Assembly (NCBI GenBank): GCA_036172245.1
Contig: JAYWIR010000015.1
Location: forward strand, 2,976,001 to 3,040,000
Reading direction: 5' to 3'
Source of the DNA: Raillietiella orientalis
Taxonomy: Eukaryota
Length of the DNA: 64,000 nt
Part shown: positions 62,331 to 64,000 of the stretch, piece by piece
How the letters are laid out: the number at the start of each line of letters is the position of its first letter
Numbering within the stretch: the first letter of the stretch is position 1
The notes under the pieces: generated by a model
The model's input: only the letters and a program-made list of their open reading frames with translations
Databases searched by the model: none
Told to the model about the DNA's origin: nothing
Position numbers and translations under genes: made by a program

Positions 62331-64000
62331 GCCGGAGGATCATTTCAAGGAGCTTCAAGACTCAAAAGTGGGCACCCTCGTTTCGAAGAAGCGTTTTCCG
62401 AAGCCGCGGGGAAAGCCCTGGACGAACGGGTGTGGTCGCCCACACAGAAATCGCCGAAATGGGCCTGCAAACTCGGACCGCCCGCCCCCGTGCACGTTGG
62501 ACGGTTTTCAGTAATGGCGGCGCCAGGGCGACCCTTCGCGTGGACACTTCGCGCGCTCTCAGGTCGCGGTGAGAGCGGCTCACCCCGTGAACGAGGCAGG
62601 TGAGCGCCCGCGCTCCATGCGTTGCCGTGTCAGCGTGCTCACGGAAGCGCTGAACCCATCCATTCATGCAGTTCCCCGTTTCAGGACCCCGGCGGTCGTG
62701 ACGAGAGGACGAAAGAGATTTTCTGGTGGACCTTGCCGCCTACGATGCTCCTGCCGGGCCTGTGCGAATTCCAGACACTTTTTTTTTTTTTTGGCTTCTC
62801 GCACTTTCGATGCTGAAGGAGAGTCTCCAGGTTCGTTGCTTATCCGTTGCCATGGAGCGGAAAGCTGCCTGTTCGCCGTTGGACTTGCGATCGTCTGCAT
62901 TCGGCGAATCGCCTGCGATCGGGCCGCGGGATGCTGGAAAAGCAAAGGGAAAGCCGAAGACTCTGTTGAGCTTTTCGGCCCAAGAGGATTTGGAAAAGCA
63001 GATACGAAAGAACTGTCGGGGACCATCCGGCGCGCGGATCTTTACCGGCAAGATTTCCTTGCTGCAACTCCTAGAAAGGAGACGACCTGGTGGGCAGGTT
63101 GCCATCCCTCTTTCCCACCTCCCGCCTGGCCGTCTCCCCACATTTCCAAGCCTTTCGTCGTGCTCGCTTTGCCTCGCGAAGACACGGTTCCAGCGCAGGA
63201 ACCACGCGTTGCCAGAGCGAACTCTCAAGACCGAGCGTTCCTGGGCAAACGGAAGAGAAGCAGCTTCATCTGGCTGCGTGCCGTGTGGTTCCGCATCGCA
63301 CTGCGCAGGACTCGGTTCTGAGCGCAGCACGGGACGCGGGAGGGTCCCGAAGGCGAACGTGTGCCAGCCGGACCGAAGAGGAGGAAGGAGGGGAACAGGG
63401 CAAAAATTGTTCCCAGGACCTGCCGCGTAGCAGGCGACGTGGAGGCAGCTGTGTGAGAGCGCGGGGACCCAGTCTGGACCTCGGCAGGAGTTCGTTTCCT
63501 CCACCCTGAGGACGTCTTTTTTTCCCTTGGGACTTCTGCTGATCCCGGCGTAATGGCTGCCTTGAAAAGTTTGGTAGCGAAGACAAGGAGCATTCTTCAG
63601 AAGTGGATGGAGTGCGGGGAAGGGAGGGGGGAGGGGAAGGTTCGATTCGCCCTCAGATCGCAGACTTTCAAATCCACGGGCGTCGAGGTGGACCGAGAAA
63701 AAAAGGTTCAGGGTCTCCGAGGAAGAACCAGGCGTGCGGACGGATCGTCCATCGGGAACATCGGTGGGCGAAACCTCGGATGGCACCCGGCCACCTTGTT
63801 GCTTGATCTCCATCAGCAGGAGCTTCGGCGGTGTTCCAGGGGCCTCGCCAAGTCGCTTCATCTTTGTGCTGCGGAAGCAATAACAAAGAGACAGCTTGTC
63901 GGCTGCCGCCTCCTCTCTCGATTCGAGGGCGGGGGCCTGCGTTTCGAAGGGAAGGAACGCGCGCGGCCGGTCCTCTCTGGCGAGAGCTTCGTCCCCTTCG

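Noticed and set aside
1..64000. CRISPR array, prokaryotic operon, rRNA/tRNA, or autonomous transposon
   Set aside because: No regular repeat-spacer pattern, no RNA gene signatures and no RT, integrase or transposase motifs seen. The genes present have spliceosomal introns.

Overview
Eukaryotic, intron-containing DNA, very probably from an arthropod (inferred from the how/QKI C-termini). Two spliced genes can be rebuilt by hand with consistent GT-AG phases. The first is held out wings/quaking (STAR/KH RNA-binding protein, minus strand, CDS 17025 to about 8033), with a GGLFAR short-isoform tail, an HPYQR long-isoform exon and two further candidate terminal exons. The second is RNA polymerase II elongation factor ELL (plus strand, 10 coding exons, 46268-58589, about 505 aa). 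The two genes diverge across about 29 kb of mostly GC/CpG-rich DNA. That interval has no intact gene I can recognise, but it carries frameshifted WD40-repeat fragments (about 28.2-30.8 kb), a diverged direct repeat, a structured inverted-repeat element and simple repeats. Positions 1-5.9 kb and 59-64 kb hold protein-like fragments I cannot assign. I found no rRNA, tRNA, CRISPR array or recognisable transposase/reverse transcriptase. Almost all long ORFs in the supplied track look like by-products of high GC content.
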